Notes under the pieces: model-generated
Database searches by the model: none
Told to the model about the DNA's origin: nothing
The model's input: the letters and a program-made list of their open reading frames with translations, nothing else
Translations under genes and position numbers: made by a program
Part shown: positions 17,846-27,154 of the stretch, piece by piece
How positions within the stretch are numbered: position 1 is the stretch's first letter
Layout: each line of letters opens with the position of its first letter
Virus record (IMG/VR): IMGVR_UViG_3300045391_002864
Coordinates: 30,059 to 94,058 of that record
DNA from: a virus
Length of the DNA stretch: 64,000 bases
Reading direction: 5' to 3' (one strand)

Positions 17846-18745
17846 ATGCGCCCTGGAGACAGTTTTACCCTTCCGTCAGAAGTAGACTTTGGATGCGAAG
17901 GCAGCTTAGCGTCCGGCACGGTCTGGCGACGCTATGAGTGCACGGGCACTGAGATCGTGAAGGACAAGAAATACCGTAAAAACGAACTGGCGGTCGTAGA
18001 GGGCCGCTGTCTCGCGTCCGGGTGCGAGACAGCGATCCGCGTGCTCGTGCCGGCGGTATGGCCCTCGTCCTATGCGCCCGGATTTGTCTTCGACGGTAAG
18101 AGAAAGGTATTCCGGCCGAGCCGAACGTATGCCTTCCTGCCGTTCTGCGCCGCGCACAGCCGAAACATGATTGATTCGAAGAGGGAACCGACCGGCATGT
18201 CTCCGGGGCGGCCGGGCTTCAAGCTGGAGCGCCTGGAGCTTGCCATCCTCTTGCGGGCCGCGCTGGTCCCTCAGACCTACGCTGACGTCCTGGCGTGGCT
18301 TCCGCAGTTGCCGCCTGACGTGCTCGATGAGAGCGGCTATGTGGCGGAGCGGGACAACTCGCGCTGGCTGCAGCGCATCGCCGTGGATATGGGGGAGACG
18401 ATGCGCGCCGGGAAGAAAGTCGGAAAGGGTCTGCTCTGCGATATCGCGCAGTCTCGGATGCGCACGTTTTACACGCGGCCGGGCTCTGCCGTGTACGACG
18501 TGCCGCTGGCGAACCGCCTTACGCAGCGGATGTATATGGAGGAACTTGCCGACGCGCCCGGCGCCGACGAGGTCATGTTCGCGATGGAGGGCCTATCTGA
18601 CAATCCGACCGACGACGAGATTGCAGCGTCCACTCCGCTTATCGAGCAGGCGCGCGGCATCAACATGATCCGCGTAGCCGAAGGTCTGGCGCCCCTACCA
18701 TTCTGGAGCGACGAGCGCTACGCTGCTCTCGCCCCTGGCGCTTGA
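17846..18745 (+). CDS. Hypothetical protein (299 aa)
   Basis: Long ORF downstream of repeat cluster; Cys/His pattern in N-terminal half. Confidence 0.7.
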   Translation: MRPGDSFTLPSEVDFGCEGSLASGTVWRRYECTGTEIVKDKKYRKNELAVVEGRCLASGCETAIRVLVPAVWPSSYAPGFVFDGKRKVFRPSRTYAFLPFCAAHSRNMIDSKREPTGMSPGRPGFKLERLELAILLRAALVPQTYADVLAWLPQLPPDVLDESGYVAERDNSRWLQRIAVDMGETMRAGKKVGKGLLCDIAQSRMRTFYTRPGSAVYDVPLANRLTQRMYMEELADAPGADEVMFAMEGLSDNPTDDEIAASTPLIEQARGINMIRVAEGLAPLPFWSDERYAALAPGA

Positions 18746-18747
18746 AC

Positions 18748-18894
18748 ATGAGTGCTGACGGTATGATCGCCTTCAAATGCGGTACACGCGAGCAGCTTGT
18801 CGCCTGGCTCAACGCTGGCGAGATGCGCCCGGACGTCATTGACAAGGACGACGTGCAGGAAGAAAAAAACGTCCATATTCGTGCTGTCGGCTGA
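18748..18894 (+). CDS. Small hypothetical protein
   Basis: Manually read 48 aa ORF. Confidence 0.45.
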   Translation: MSADGMIAFKCGTREQLVAWLNAGEMRPDVIDKDDVQEEKNVHIRAVG

Positions 18895-18925
18895 ACAGCA
18901 ACTATACCCCGGAGCCTGAATGTAG

Positions 18926-19204
18926 ATGCCCCGTTCTCGTGCGGAAATGGAAGATGTCTTGGCGCTGTCTTTTGTCCGGTTTGTCGCCTTCCGCGACAAC
19001 GCGCCAGGGCCGGCCCAGCGAAAGATTGCAACCGAGGCGGCGGGGCATTGCCTTTGGGCGCTTGGGGTCGAGGAACACAGTGGGATTGTAGCTGTGGAAC
19101 CGGAGCCTCTCGGCAAAACCATCGACGGCATAGCTTCGCCGCTACTCGATTCAAGCGAGGTCTCGCCGCGCGCAGTTCTCGCGGTAACTGCCACGCCAAC
19201 CTAA
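18926..19204 (+). CDS. Hypothetical protein
   Basis: ORF track. Confidence 0.45.
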   Translation: MPRSRAEMEDVLALSFVRFVAFRDNAPGPAQRKIATEAAGHCLWALGVEEHSGIVAVEPEPLGKTIDGIASPLLDSSEVSPRAVLAVTATPT

Positions 19205-19224
19205 TCCCGATTTTTGAGTCTCGC

Positions 19225-19404
19225 ATGACGCGCACAGCCAGAACCCGCGAAGAAAGAATGGTTGAAGCGGAGGTGCGCAGCACCCGCGCACTGGCCGATG
19301 CCAACGAGGCTTCGGAAAAAGGGCAGAAGGAGAAAGCGGAGCGTCTTTATGATCGGGCTCAATACTGGCTCGATGTTTATAACAAACTCGCCGGTAATGC
19401 GTAA
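19225..19404 (+). CDS. Small hypothetical protein
   Basis: AERLY.RAQYWLD.YNKL.GN helical hairpin. Confidence 0.65.
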   Translation: MTRTARTREERMVEAEVRSTRALADANEASEKGQKEKAERLYDRAQYWLDVYNKLAGNA

Positions 19405-19502
19405 TCTTAACCTCCGTATCCGCCACGAGGTCGGCGGCAGGAGCTTGACCGGCCGCTCGATCCTGGGATGTTAGAGCTACCTAACGTCTCAGGATTGAAA
19501 GA

Positions 19503-19829
19503 ATGCGCATAGCCTTACTCGCCGCCGCTCTCGTCTGCCTGCCCTTAATGGCCCGCGCGGAGCCTGCCCCTATCAGCTGCACTTCCGCCGTGGAGATGGC
19601 GACGGCGCATCAGGATCAGGCCCTGGTGAACTATGCCACGGACCTGTACTCGACGTGGGACGCGCAGGCAGAGGCGAACGGCCAGCCTCCCGTGGGAATC
19701 CCTCTCGGCGGCTTCGGCGACGCACAGATTAACTTCTGGCTGAACAGTTGCTTAGGAGACATGAGCCTGCCGCTGGCAGCCGTGATTCACACTGAATACA
19801 ACGTCGCGCGCGCCATGGAAGGCGGATGA
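19503..19829 (+). CDS. Exported hypothetical protein
   Basis: Signal peptide MRIALLAAALVCLPLMARA. Confidence 0.7.
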   Translation: MRIALLAAALVCLPLMARAEPAPISCTSAVEMATAHQDQALVNYATDLYSTWDAQAEANGQPPVGIPLGGFGDAQINFWLNSCLGDMSLPLAAVIHTEYNVARAMEGG

Positions 19830-19844
19830 CCTGAAGGAAGAAGC

Positions 19845-20123
19845 ATGAAAACGATTTGGAAGTTCGTTCTCGATCCCGAGGACTTAGAAGTATCGATGCC
19901 AGCTGGTGCACAAATACTGACTGTGCGCGAGCAGGGGGTCGACCGCATTTGCGCCTGGGCACTCGTCGATCCGAACGAGGGTAAAAAGGAGCTACGGTCT
20001 TTCAATGTGTACGGCACCGGGCACGTAGTCGAAGGGTGTCCTGGCCGGTATCTTGGAGCGGCGATGCTCAATGGCGGCTCGCTTGTGCTCCATGTCTTTG
20101 AGGCAAGCGAAGGCGCGACCTAG
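19845..20123 (+). CDS. Conserved phage hypothetical protein
   Basis: MKTIWKF, MP.GA.ILTV, WALVDP, GTGH, LVLHVFE. Confidence 0.8.
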   Translation: MKTIWKFVLDPEDLEVSMPAGAQILTVREQGVDRICAWALVDPNEGKKELRSFNVYGTGHVVEGCPGRYLGAAMLNGGSLVLHVFEASEGAT

Positions 20124-20151
20124 CGCTGCATCACGCAGTTTTGAGCTTTTG

Positions 20152-20182
20152 AAAGGGCAGGGGGTCTTCTCCTGCCCTTTTT
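20152..20182 (+). terminator. Intrinsic terminator
   Basis: aaagggcaggggg / ctcctgcccttt plus T run. Confidence 0.75.
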
Positions 20183-20321
20183 CGTGCTCCGGAGGGGATC
20201 AGACTCCTTCAGCACCCATGAAATTCTCGTAAAGCTCTTTTATCCTCGCTAGCGTCATTGACCTTGTAAAGTGCTAAGGGCATTAACAGTGACAATGACG
20301 CTAACTTGGAAGGGTGACTAA

Positions 20322-20660
20322 GTGACTGAGAAGTGGACTCCTGGCCCGTGGAAGAGGTTCGAGGGCTTGTTTGACGACCGCCCCGGCATCGAGCCGCTTG
20401 GCGGCGACCTGACGATTGTCGTTTGGGGCACGAACAGCGCGGATGACGACGGCGGCGAATGCGCAGCTGATCGCGGCGGCGCCGGACTTGGCGGCGGCCC
20501 TGGCACCGTTCGCGGCATTCTGCGACGCCATGGAGGCCCGTTGAAGGAAGGCGATGCCTTCTACACGCTCATGGTCAGCGGCGGCCCGGTAGCGATCACG
20601 AACGACGACTTCAAGCGCGCTCGCCACGCCCTACTCTTTGCGCGCGGAGAGGTCGCATGA
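20322..20660 (+). CDS. Hypothetical protein (TPGPW family)
   Basis: KWTPGPW N-terminus. Confidence 0.65.
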   Translation: MTEKWTPGPWKRFEGLFDDRPGIEPLGGDLTIVVWGTNSADDDGGECAADRGGAGLGGGPGTVRGILRRHGGPLKEGDAFYTLMVSGGPVAITNDDFKRARHALLFARGEVA

Positions 20661-21124
20661 GCGTCATCGTGAAAAGCGAGTGCCGGGAACTCGATCTGCC
20701 GGGCAATCCGGATGTCTACTACAGCCCCGAGATGGATAACTTCTACAGCCGCAAGGATAAGCGCGGTATGGGGAGCAAGTTCTATGTCGAGAACATCGCA
20801 GCCATGGGCGAGGCGGGGAGGCGTTGGCGCCCTGTCGCTCCGCTAGCCGGCGGCACCGACTCACTGCCTGCGGTTCTGCCCGGACACTGGGCTACCGAAG
20901 AGGGCCGTGAAAAGGCGCTGGCTTATGCCGGAAAGGCGCGCGCCGATCTGGCACATGGCCAGATGTCGGACCTTGCACTTGCCAATAGGGTTTTCATGGC
21001 AAGCCGCAACGATCTTGACCTCATCGTGTGGCAAACGGCGGCGAAGGACCGCATCCGGTGGCTGTCGGTCCAGCTGGCAATCGCGAATGCTGCCCTGGCC
21101 GCCGCGCGCGGAGAAGGCGCATGA
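20657..21124 (+). CDS. Hypothetical protein
   Basis: ATGA coupling. Confidence 0.7.
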   Translation: MSVIVKSECRELDLPGNPDVYYSPEMDNFYSRKDKRGMGSKFYVENIAAMGEAGRRWRPVAPLAGGTDSLPAVLPGHWATEEGREKALAYAGKARADLAHGQMSDLALANRVFMASRNDLDLIVWQTAAKDRIRWLSVQLAIANAALAAARGEGA

Positions 21125-21336
21125 GCGTGAAATCCTTCAAAATGCTGGCGGACAGCAAGATCAGGCCCGAGGTCAAAGCCGGCACGACCGTCTACGACTG
21201 CCACATGTACGACTACGGTTGCGCGAACGACGACACGCGTTTTACCGGAATCGAGCACACGTCGGTCACGCTGGACCCGGCCGGAGGCTATCCGTTCTTC
21301 ACCGTCCCGGTGACTGATCTGGAGGAAATCAAGTGA
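21121..21336 (+). CDS. Hypothetical protein
   Basis: YDYGCANDDTRFTGIEH.SVTL..GGYPFFTVP. Confidence 0.75.
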   Translation: MSVKSFKMLADSKIRPEVKAGTTVYDCHMYDYGCANDDTRFTGIEHTSVTLDPAGGYPFFTVPVTDLEEIK

Positions 21337-21629
21337 GCACGCCCTGGAGCAAAGGCCCGTGGCGCCGCCGCGACAGCAGCGACGTTGTCGACGCGACTGG
21401 CGAGCGCGTTCATTTTGCCGGGCTTCGGCTCCTCATGAACGCCGGCCCCGAGGACAACGCACAAGCCGAGGCGAACACGCGCCTTGCCCTGGCGGCACCG
21501 AGGCTGGTCGACGCGCTTGAAGCTGCGTTGGCCGTCATCCGCATGACAGCCAACGAATCATCCATTCCCAAAGTGGTGCTGGAGTTCGGCGAATTGGCGC
21601 TGGCCGAGGCACGAGGAGAAGTGAAGTGA
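21333..21629 (+). CDS. Hypothetical protein (GPW / AN.RL..AAP family)
   Basis: SKGPW; EANTRLALAAPRLVDALE. Confidence 0.75.
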   Translation: MSTPWSKGPWRRRDSSDVVDATGERVHFAGLRLLMNAGPEDNAQAEANTRLALAAPRLVDALEAALAVIRMTANESSIPKVVLEFGELALAEARGEVK

Positions 21630-21985
21630 AGAAGTTCGATCCCACGAAACCTGTCCAGACCCGCGAAGGACAGCCGGCGCGCATCGTCGCTAGCGATATG
21701 AAAAACGACGTCTATCCCATCGTGGCGATCGTCACAATGCTGGACGGCGAAGAGTGCGTCAGTACGCACACGTCGGAAGGGAAGTTCGAAGCTACATGCG
21801 GTATCAGCATGGGCGATCTGGTGAACATTCCGGAGCGACGGAAGGTCTGGCTTGATATTTGGGCGGACGGCTTTGCTTCCGGCTTCCCGACAGAGGAGTT
21901 GGCGCGCCAGTACGCGTCCCGCACCAGCGGACGTATTATCGCCGTCGCTGTGCCCTTCGAATACGAGGAGCCGAACCATGACTAA
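21626..21985 (+). CDS. Paralog family member 1 (FDPTKPVQTRxG)
   Basis: Aligns with five nearby ORFs. Confidence 0.85.
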   Translation: MKKFDPTKPVQTREGQPARIVASDMKNDVYPIVAIVTMLDGEECVSTHTSEGKFEATCGISMGDLVNIPERRKVWLDIWADGFASGFPTEELARQYASRTSGRIIAVAVPFEYEEPNHD

Positions 21986-22334
21986 GTTCGATCCCACGAA
22001 GCCGGTTCAGACGCGCGGCGGCTTGCCCGTCCGCATTATCTGCTCTGACCGAAAGGATAGCGAGATTCCGATCGTCGCGCTGATCGACAAAGGGGATGGC
22101 GGCGAAGCGGTCGAGTGCTACCGGGCGGACGGCACTGCGTTCAGCAGGTGCAATTCTGACAGAGACCTTGTCAATCTTCCCGAGCGGAAGCGACTCTGGC
22201 TGAACATCACCAAGGGCGGCGCCTCAGTTTACCGACACAAGACCGAGGAGGAGGCCCGGCGCAACGCGTCTCTCTCCATCGTCTATGACCATATTGCATT
22301 TATGATCGAGTACGAGGTGCCGAACCATGGCTAA
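21978..22334 (+). CDS. Paralog family member 2
   Basis: Start MTKFDPTKPVQTRGG. Confidence 0.85.
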   Translation: MTKFDPTKPVQTRGGLPVRIICSDRKDSEIPIVALIDKGDGGEAVECYRADGTAFSRCNSDRDLVNLPERKRLWLNITKGGASVYRHKTEEEARRNASLSIVYDHIAFMIEYEVPNHG

Positions 22335-22677
22335 GCTGAAGCTCGACTGGCCGGTGAAAACTCGCGCCGGCCGCGACGCGATTATCATTGCGACGGACCT
22401 GAAAAACCCGACGCATCCGGTTGCGGCGCGCGTCATGACTGCCAGCGGCGATGAGATCGTTCATCACTTCACGGTCGACGGCCAGTTCAACGCATACAGG
22501 GAGAGCGACGATGACCTCGTCAATGTCCCGAAGCGCAAGCAAGTCTGGCTGAACGTCCATAAGAACTGTGCGGTCTATCACTTCGGCTCTGAGGCAGACG
22601 CACGCGATGCAGTTTTCGAGATGGAAGATCAATATGACGTGATCGCGCGCCTCGTCGAGTACGAGGTGCAGCCGTGA
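22327..22677 (+). CDS. Paralog family member 3
   Basis: PVKTRAGRDAIIIATD..DLVNVP..WLNV. Confidence 0.85.
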   Translation: MAKLKLDWPVKTRAGRDAIIIATDLKNPTHPVAARVMTASGDEIVHHFTVDGQFNAYRESDDDLVNVPKRKQVWLNVHKNCAVYHFGSEADARDAVFEMEDQYDVIARLVEYEVQP

Positions 22678-23027
22678 AGAAGTTCAATCCGGCGCTGCCG
22701 GTGACGACTCGCGACGGGCACCCCGCGCGCATCCTGGCAACGGACCTGAAAAACCCTGCTTTCCCGATCGCGGCTGTCATGACTGACGAGGACGGCGTCG
22801 AGAAGGAGGTTTGCACCTTCACGGCCGAAGGGCGTTTTGCTCACGACGGGCACGAGCGCGACGCCGACCTTGTCAATCCGCCGGCCATCAAGAATCTCTG
22901 GCTGAACATCACGGACGCCGGCCGGGTCTACGCCTATTCCGATAAGGACAATGCCCTTAGCGTTGCAAAATCCGGCCCGCTCGTATATGACGCGGTCGCA
23001 ATTCTTTTTGAATACGAGGCACAATGA
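22674..23027 (+). CDS. Paralog family member 4
   Basis: PVTTRDGHPARILATD..DLVNPP..WLNI. Confidence 0.85.
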   Translation: MKKFNPALPVTTRDGHPARILATDLKNPAFPIAAVMTDEDGVEKEVCTFTAEGRFAHDGHERDADLVNPPAIKNLWLNITDAGRVYAYSDKDNALSVAKSGPLVYDAVAILFEYEAQ

Positions 23028-23392
23028 TGCAGATTAAGAAGTTTGATCCGACCAAGCCCGTGCAGACCCGCGCCGGCCAGCCTGCGACGATTCTCGCGAC
23101 TGATATCGACAATCCGAGCTATCCGATTGCTGCGCGCGTTCGGCGCGAAGACAACAGCCTCGAAGTCATCATGGGATACCGCGCGAACGGGCAGCGTTTT
23201 CCGTTCGCCCATAACGACCACGATCTCGTCAATATGCCGGAAAAGCGGACGCTTTTCATGAATGTCCCGAAACCAGGCGCTGGGTCCATTCGCCACTATT
23301 CCACGGCGGAGAATGCGAAGGCGGCGGCATCTATCCGCCCCGACTTGTTCGAGGCCATCGCGGCGCCGTTCGTGTACGAGGTGCACGAGTGA
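23024..23392 (+). CDS. Paralog family member 5
   Basis: FDPTKPVQTRAGQPATILATD. Confidence 0.85.
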   Translation: MMQIKKFDPTKPVQTRAGQPATILATDIDNPSYPIAARVRREDNSLEVIMGYRANGQRFPFAHNDHDLVNMPEKRTLFMNVPKPGAGSIRHYSTAENAKAAASIRPDLFEAIAAPFVYEVHE

Positions 23393-23607
23393 GCCCGCTC
23401 GCCGAGCCCCGCGCTGAAGTCCAGTTCCAAGTCTATGCCGCCGCCGTGGTACTGTCGCGCGCGCATGGAACGCCGGCCGGTACGCTAAGGGCAATGCCGC
23501 AAACTGACCTCCAGCGCATCGTGGCAGCCGCGAAGAAGTGTCCCTGGCACAATGGCGCGGCGACGTGCCGGAAGGCGGCGGAGCGGCTTCTGGCGGGCCG
23601 GGCGTAG
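23389..23607 (+). CDS. Hypothetical protein
   Basis: GTGA coupling. Confidence 0.55.
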   Translation: MSPLAEPRAEVQFQVYAAAVVLSRAHGTPAGTLRAMPQTDLQRIVAAAKKCPWHNGAATCRKAAERLLAGRA

Positions 23608-23610
23608 GCT

Positions 23611-23958
23611 CTGAGACCGTCCGAATGTCTGACAAGGGCTAAGGCCCTTGTCACGGCTCCGGAGCGCCTAACGAAAGGCGTGCTAGCGCGGGATGCCTCC
23701 GGCGAGCGAGTGTTCCCGCTCGATAAGAGCGCGGTGTGCTTCTGCGCCCTCGGCGCCATTTTCCGCACGCAAGGGAGCCACGATCAGTCCGATGCAGTCC
23801 GCTTTTTGGAGTCGGTAGTCGATGACATGGACGTAGGCGAGTTTAACGACAGCCACACGCACAAAGAGATTTTAGCTCTGTTCGACAGGGCCATCAAAAT
23901 AGCGAGGAGTTTTGAGGATGAGCAGAATGCCTTCCGAGGTTTTGCAGGCGGCGAGTGA
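23611..23958 (+). CDS. DUF6197-like protein, copy 1 (probable CTG start)
   Basis: ARDASG..AVCFCALGAI..FNDSHTHKEILALFDRAI. Confidence 0.7.
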   Translation: MRPSECLTRAKALVTAPERLTKGVLARDASGERVFPLDKSAVCFCALGAIFRTQGSHDQSDAVRFLESVVDDMDVGEFNDSHTHKEILALFDRAIKIARSFEDEQNAFRGFAGGE

Positions 23959-24244
23959 TCTGATCCCGACGCCGGAGAAATGGACGCAGGGCGCGTACGC
24001 GCGCGACGCAGATGGAGAAAGCGTGTCCTGGGATGATCCTGCGGCGGTGTGCTTCTGCTCACAGGGAGCGATACGCAAGGCGAGCGGTGCATCCTTCAAC
24101 GGAGCCGTATTCTTAGCAGAGCGGTATCTGTCGCGAGCGTTCGGCGACGCCGGAATCATCACGTCAAACGATACCAGCAGCCATGCGCGCGTGCGCCGGG
24201 CGTTCAGCGAAGCAATCGAAATGGCGCAAGCCGCAGGAGAGTGA
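23918..24244 (+). CDS. DUF6197-like protein, copy 2
   Basis: WTQGAYARDADG..AVCFCSQGAI..NDTSSHARV. Confidence 0.75.
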   Translation: MSRMPSEVLQAASDLIPTPEKWTQGAYARDADGESVSWDDPAAVCFCSQGAIRKASGASFNGAVFLAERYLSRAFGDAGIITSNDTSSHARVRRAFSEAIEMAQAAGE

Positions 24245-24246
24245 CC

Positions 24247-24606
24247 ATGAAGTTCGACCCCACGAAGCCTGTCCAGACGCGTGACGGGCGCCCGGCGCGC
24301 ATCATCATGACTGATGCGCAAAACGAAAGCTACCCGATCGTCGCCCTGGTGCTGGATGGCGATCAGGAATCGCCAAATTCCTTCACTGCCGAAGGGCGTT
24401 TCTATGTCGAAGAGGACGAAGACGATCTCGACCTCATCAATGTGTCCGAGAAGCGGCGCTTTTGGGTGAACATTCCTCCCGACGGCAGATTCAGCAAGGG
24501 ACACGACAGCGAGGACGCCGCTCGCGCCGCAGTGAAGGGGATTGAGTATCGTTTCGAAGCCATCGCGCACCTCGTCGAATACGAAGTGCCGGCGAAGGGA
24601 GAGTGA
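24247..24606 (+). CDS. Paralog family member 6
   Basis: MKFDPTKPVQTRDGRPARII; GGAG RBS. Confidence 0.85.
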   Translation: MKFDPTKPVQTRDGRPARIIMTDAQNESYPIVALVLDGDQESPNSFTAEGRFYVEEDEDDLDLINVSEKRRFWVNIPPDGRFSKGHDSEDAARAAVKGIEYRFEAIAHLVEYEVPAKGE

Positions 24607-24608
24607 GC

Positions 24609-24755
24609 ATGGAGGACATGGTCACGATTCCGAAGAAGGAATACGACGAGTTGCAGGCCACCAGCCGCAAGCTGGCAGCGCTTGAAGCTGGCGGCGTCGA
24701 TAACTGGGAGGGATACGACTTCTCCATGGAAAGCCTCCGTGGAGAGGACGAATAG
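24609..24755 (+). CDS. Small conserved phage protein
   Basis: VTI.K.EY..L....LAALEAGGVDNWEGY. Confidence 0.7.
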   Translation: MEDMVTIPKKEYDELQATSRKLAALEAGGVDNWEGYDFSMESLRGEDE

Positions 24756-24757
24756 CC

Positions 24758-25138
24758 ATGGCGATGAACAAAAAGGAGCAGGCGGAGTTCGCGCAGATGG
24801 CGCGCGACCTTCGTGCCGCCAAGGCCCTACGCTACTCGACTGAGCCGGCGCCGAAGTTGATACCGCCTCCCAGCGACGGCAGCTACGTTCAAGGCTGGGT
24901 AATCAACAGCTACTCGGTGACGGTCGATAAATGCACGACGTCGAGTGCTTACCACTTGCGCGGTTATCACGTCGAGGGGCGGGAGCAAGGCATAAGGAGC
25001 ATTGCGTGGTCGCAGAATGGTATCTCTATGTACGCGACCGAGCATGACGCCTGGGCAGCGCTTCGCAAGGCGAAAGAGGCGGAGTTCGCCCTGAAGCTGG
25101 CGGAGATCGACGCCAAGATCGAGGAGCTTCGCGAATGA
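24758..25138 (+). CDS. Hypothetical protein
   Basis: ORF track, coupled. Confidence 0.7.
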   Translation: MAMNKKEQAEFAQMARDLRAAKALRYSTEPAPKLIPPPSDGSYVQGWVINSYSVTVDKCTTSSAYHLRGYHVEGREQGIRSIAWSQNGISMYATEHDAWAALRKAKEAEFALKLAEIDAKIEELRE

Positions 25139-25641
25139 CGGCACGGCAAAGAGTCTGTACCGTTCACGGGCTGCTGGCTGAAGGTGAGTTCTACGCGTCG
25201 GTTCGCGGCTCCGGGTGCATCCGGTGCATCCGGCAGAAGGCCAGGGAGTATAATGCGAGCCGGCCCGAGGAGCGGCAAGCCTACAACAAGCGCAGGCAAG
25301 AGGAGCGCCGGGCGCGCGCAGCGGCCGAGCAGGGCAGGGCGCAAGAGGAAACCCGCGTCTGCGAGGTCCATGGCGTTCTGGCCGCAGGGCAGTTCTTCCC
25401 GTCGTACAAAAGAAGCACGGGCTGCATTGCGTGCCACATGGCGCGCATGAAGGAAATTCAGGTGCGCCGCAGGGCTGCGCAGGCCGCAGTCCGGGCAAAG
25501 AAGAAAGCGGACGAGCAGCAGGCCGTGCGGCCGAAGGTGGCGGAGCACGCGCCGAAGCCCGAGGACGGGCACGGGCCGATCTACGCGGCCACGGCCGACA
25601 AGAGCGCGCTCTGGTTCCGCTCGATGAGGCCGCAGCCGTGA
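25135..25641 (+). CDS. Protein with two Cys/His zinc-binding repeats
   Basis: VCTVHG..F....GCIRC and VCEVHG..FF....GCIAC. Confidence 0.7.
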   Translation: MTARQRVCTVHGLLAEGEFYASVRGSGCIRCIRQKAREYNASRPEERQAYNKRRQEERRARAAAEQGRAQEETRVCEVHGVLAAGQFFPSYKRSTGCIACHMARMKEIQVRRRAAQAAVRAKKKADEQQAVRPKVAEHAPKPEDGHGPIYAATADKSALWFRSMRPQP

Positions 25642-25874
25642 TCTGCGGTCTGACCGTCCTGGGCATGCTCGCCCTTCAGGCAGCATCGAACATGATCCCG
25701 GCCCTGCAGCTGGCCGACGTGCGGGTCGAGCAAGTGGCTGCGCCGCGCCCGGCCGGCGCATTCTGCGCGGCGCCTGTCCGCCTTAGCGATGGGCAGACGG
25801 GAATCCTGCGCTTCAGCGTCGACGGCAACCGCAATGACGTCGATTACGTATATCTGACGGGTATCAGAGATTAA
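25638..25874 (+). CDS. Hypothetical protein
   Basis: GTG start overlapping previous stop. Confidence 0.5.
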   Translation: MICGLTVLGMLALQAASNMIPALQLADVRVEQVAAPRPAGAFCAAPVRLSDGQTGILRFSVDGNRNDVDYVYLTGIRD

Positions 25875-25885
25875 CTGGAGACGAA

Positions 25886-26065
25886 ATGAAAGTATGGACC
25901 GTTGTTCGCTTCCCAAACGGGAGTTGGAGTTACGGAGGGCGCCCCGACAGTCCTGATTACGCGGAATGCGAGGTATGGGAAATCGAGGCTGAGACAGCCG
26001 CTAAAGCGGTGAGAAAGGCCCAAGGGAAGCGCCGCCGCGAACAGAAATCCATTTGGTCTGCTTAG
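25886..26065 (+). CDS. Small hypothetical protein (59 aa)
   Basis: GGAG RBS; MKVWTVVRFPNGSWSYGGRPDSPDYAECEV. Confidence 0.7.
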   Translation: MKVWTVVRFPNGSWSYGGRPDSPDYAECEVWEIEAETAAKAVRKAQGKRRREQKSIWSA

Positions 26066-26123
26066 CCCCGAAGAAGTAGGGTCGTTCTCTAAGAGCCGGC
26101 GGCGCGGAAGGGTAGGATGAGGC

Positions 26124-26918
26124 ATGCCAGCCTCGTTCAACCCGACCATGCCGCCGTTTCCGTTGGAAGCGGTAGTTATCAGTGCGCAGCCGCCGGGCCA
26201 GCTGATCGTCTACCTCCCGATGCATGGCACCGGCATGCGCGTTCCTGTACGCGTGATGACGTCGGGGCCGGACGATGCCCTCCGCACGAACCAGAAGCCC
26301 TTGCCGCAGCAGGGCACGCACGGGCTTGTCGTGTTCGCCAACGGCGATAGCCGGAACGGGTTTTGGCTAGGATCGTATCCGCCTGGGCTCCTGTCCGCCA
26401 GGACGACCGTGCAGAACGAGCCCGACATCACGTACGAGGCGGCGGACTCCGGGTACTGGCACTACCGAGATTTTACCGGCGCCACGACCACGGCATATCC
26501 GGACGGCACGACGATCGTCGTCTCGCCGACTGGCGCCCCAGGCGCTCCGAACCGGACGATCGTCGAGAACAATAAGCCGGTGCAGCAGACGGTCGAGCAG
26601 ACGCAGCGCGCGCCCTTGGCAGCGCCGTTCGTCATCAATGTCAAGACTGCCGGCGGCGTGACGATCGCCATCAACGGCGACACGGTCACTGTCGACGCGT
26701 CTCAGGTCATGCTCGACTGCACTCAGGCCACCGTCACGGGCAACTTGCAAGTCGACGGCAATATCATGTGTGACGGCAATATCGACGCGGCCGGGTCCAT
26801 GGTCCAGGGCTACGGCACGGACAACGAGATCAATCTGGCCGAACACTACCACGAGGTCGATGGAGTCCAGGGCGGCAGCAGCACGCTCGACACGACTCCG
26901 CCGGTCGCGAACACTTGA
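26124..26918 (+). CDS. Baseplate central spike (gpV/gp5-like)
   Basis: OB-fold LP..GT.GLV.F.NGD...GFWLG, beta-helix VTGNLQVDGNI, apex HxH (EHYH) plus GV.GG. Confidence 0.8.
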   Translation: MPASFNPTMPPFPLEAVVISAQPPGQLIVYLPMHGTGMRVPVRVMTSGPDDALRTNQKPLPQQGTHGLVVFANGDSRNGFWLGSYPPGLLSARTTVQNEPDITYEAADSGYWHYRDFTGATTTAYPDGTTIVVSPTGAPGAPNRTIVENNKPVQQTVEQTQRAPLAAPFVINVKTAGGVTIAINGDTVTVDASQVMLDCTQATVTGNLQVDGNIMCDGNIDAAGSMVQGYGTDNEINLAEHYHEVDGVQGGSSTLDTTPPVANT

Positions 26919-26968
26919 AGCAGTTGTAAAGTTCGGTTAGTGACATTGTCGCAAAGGAGTTTACGACA

Positions 26969-27154
26969 ATGTCACTAACGAAAGATACCGCGCGCGATCA
27001 GGAGATCGAACGCCTGAAGGGGCTAGTAAAGGAAGGCCGCGAGCTTCTGCTTTCGGTGCTTGAGCCGGAATCAAAGGGTAACGCAGCACTCGGGCGCCGC
27101 GTCCTGGCGTTCGATCAAGAGGCCCGTGCCGTGCTTGAAGGAGAACAGGCATGA
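26969..27154 (+). CDS. Hypothetical protein
   Basis: AGGAG RBS. Confidence 0.65.
   Translation: MSLTKDTARDQEIERLKGLVKEGRELLLSVLEPESKGNAALGRRVLAFDQEARAVLEGEQA

Noticed and set aside
26028-26106. Ribozyme-like fold before the spike gene (GCGCCGCCG/CGGCGGCGC)
   Set aside because: Half lies within the coding end of 25886-26065 and no hammerhead, twister or HDV core is recognisable
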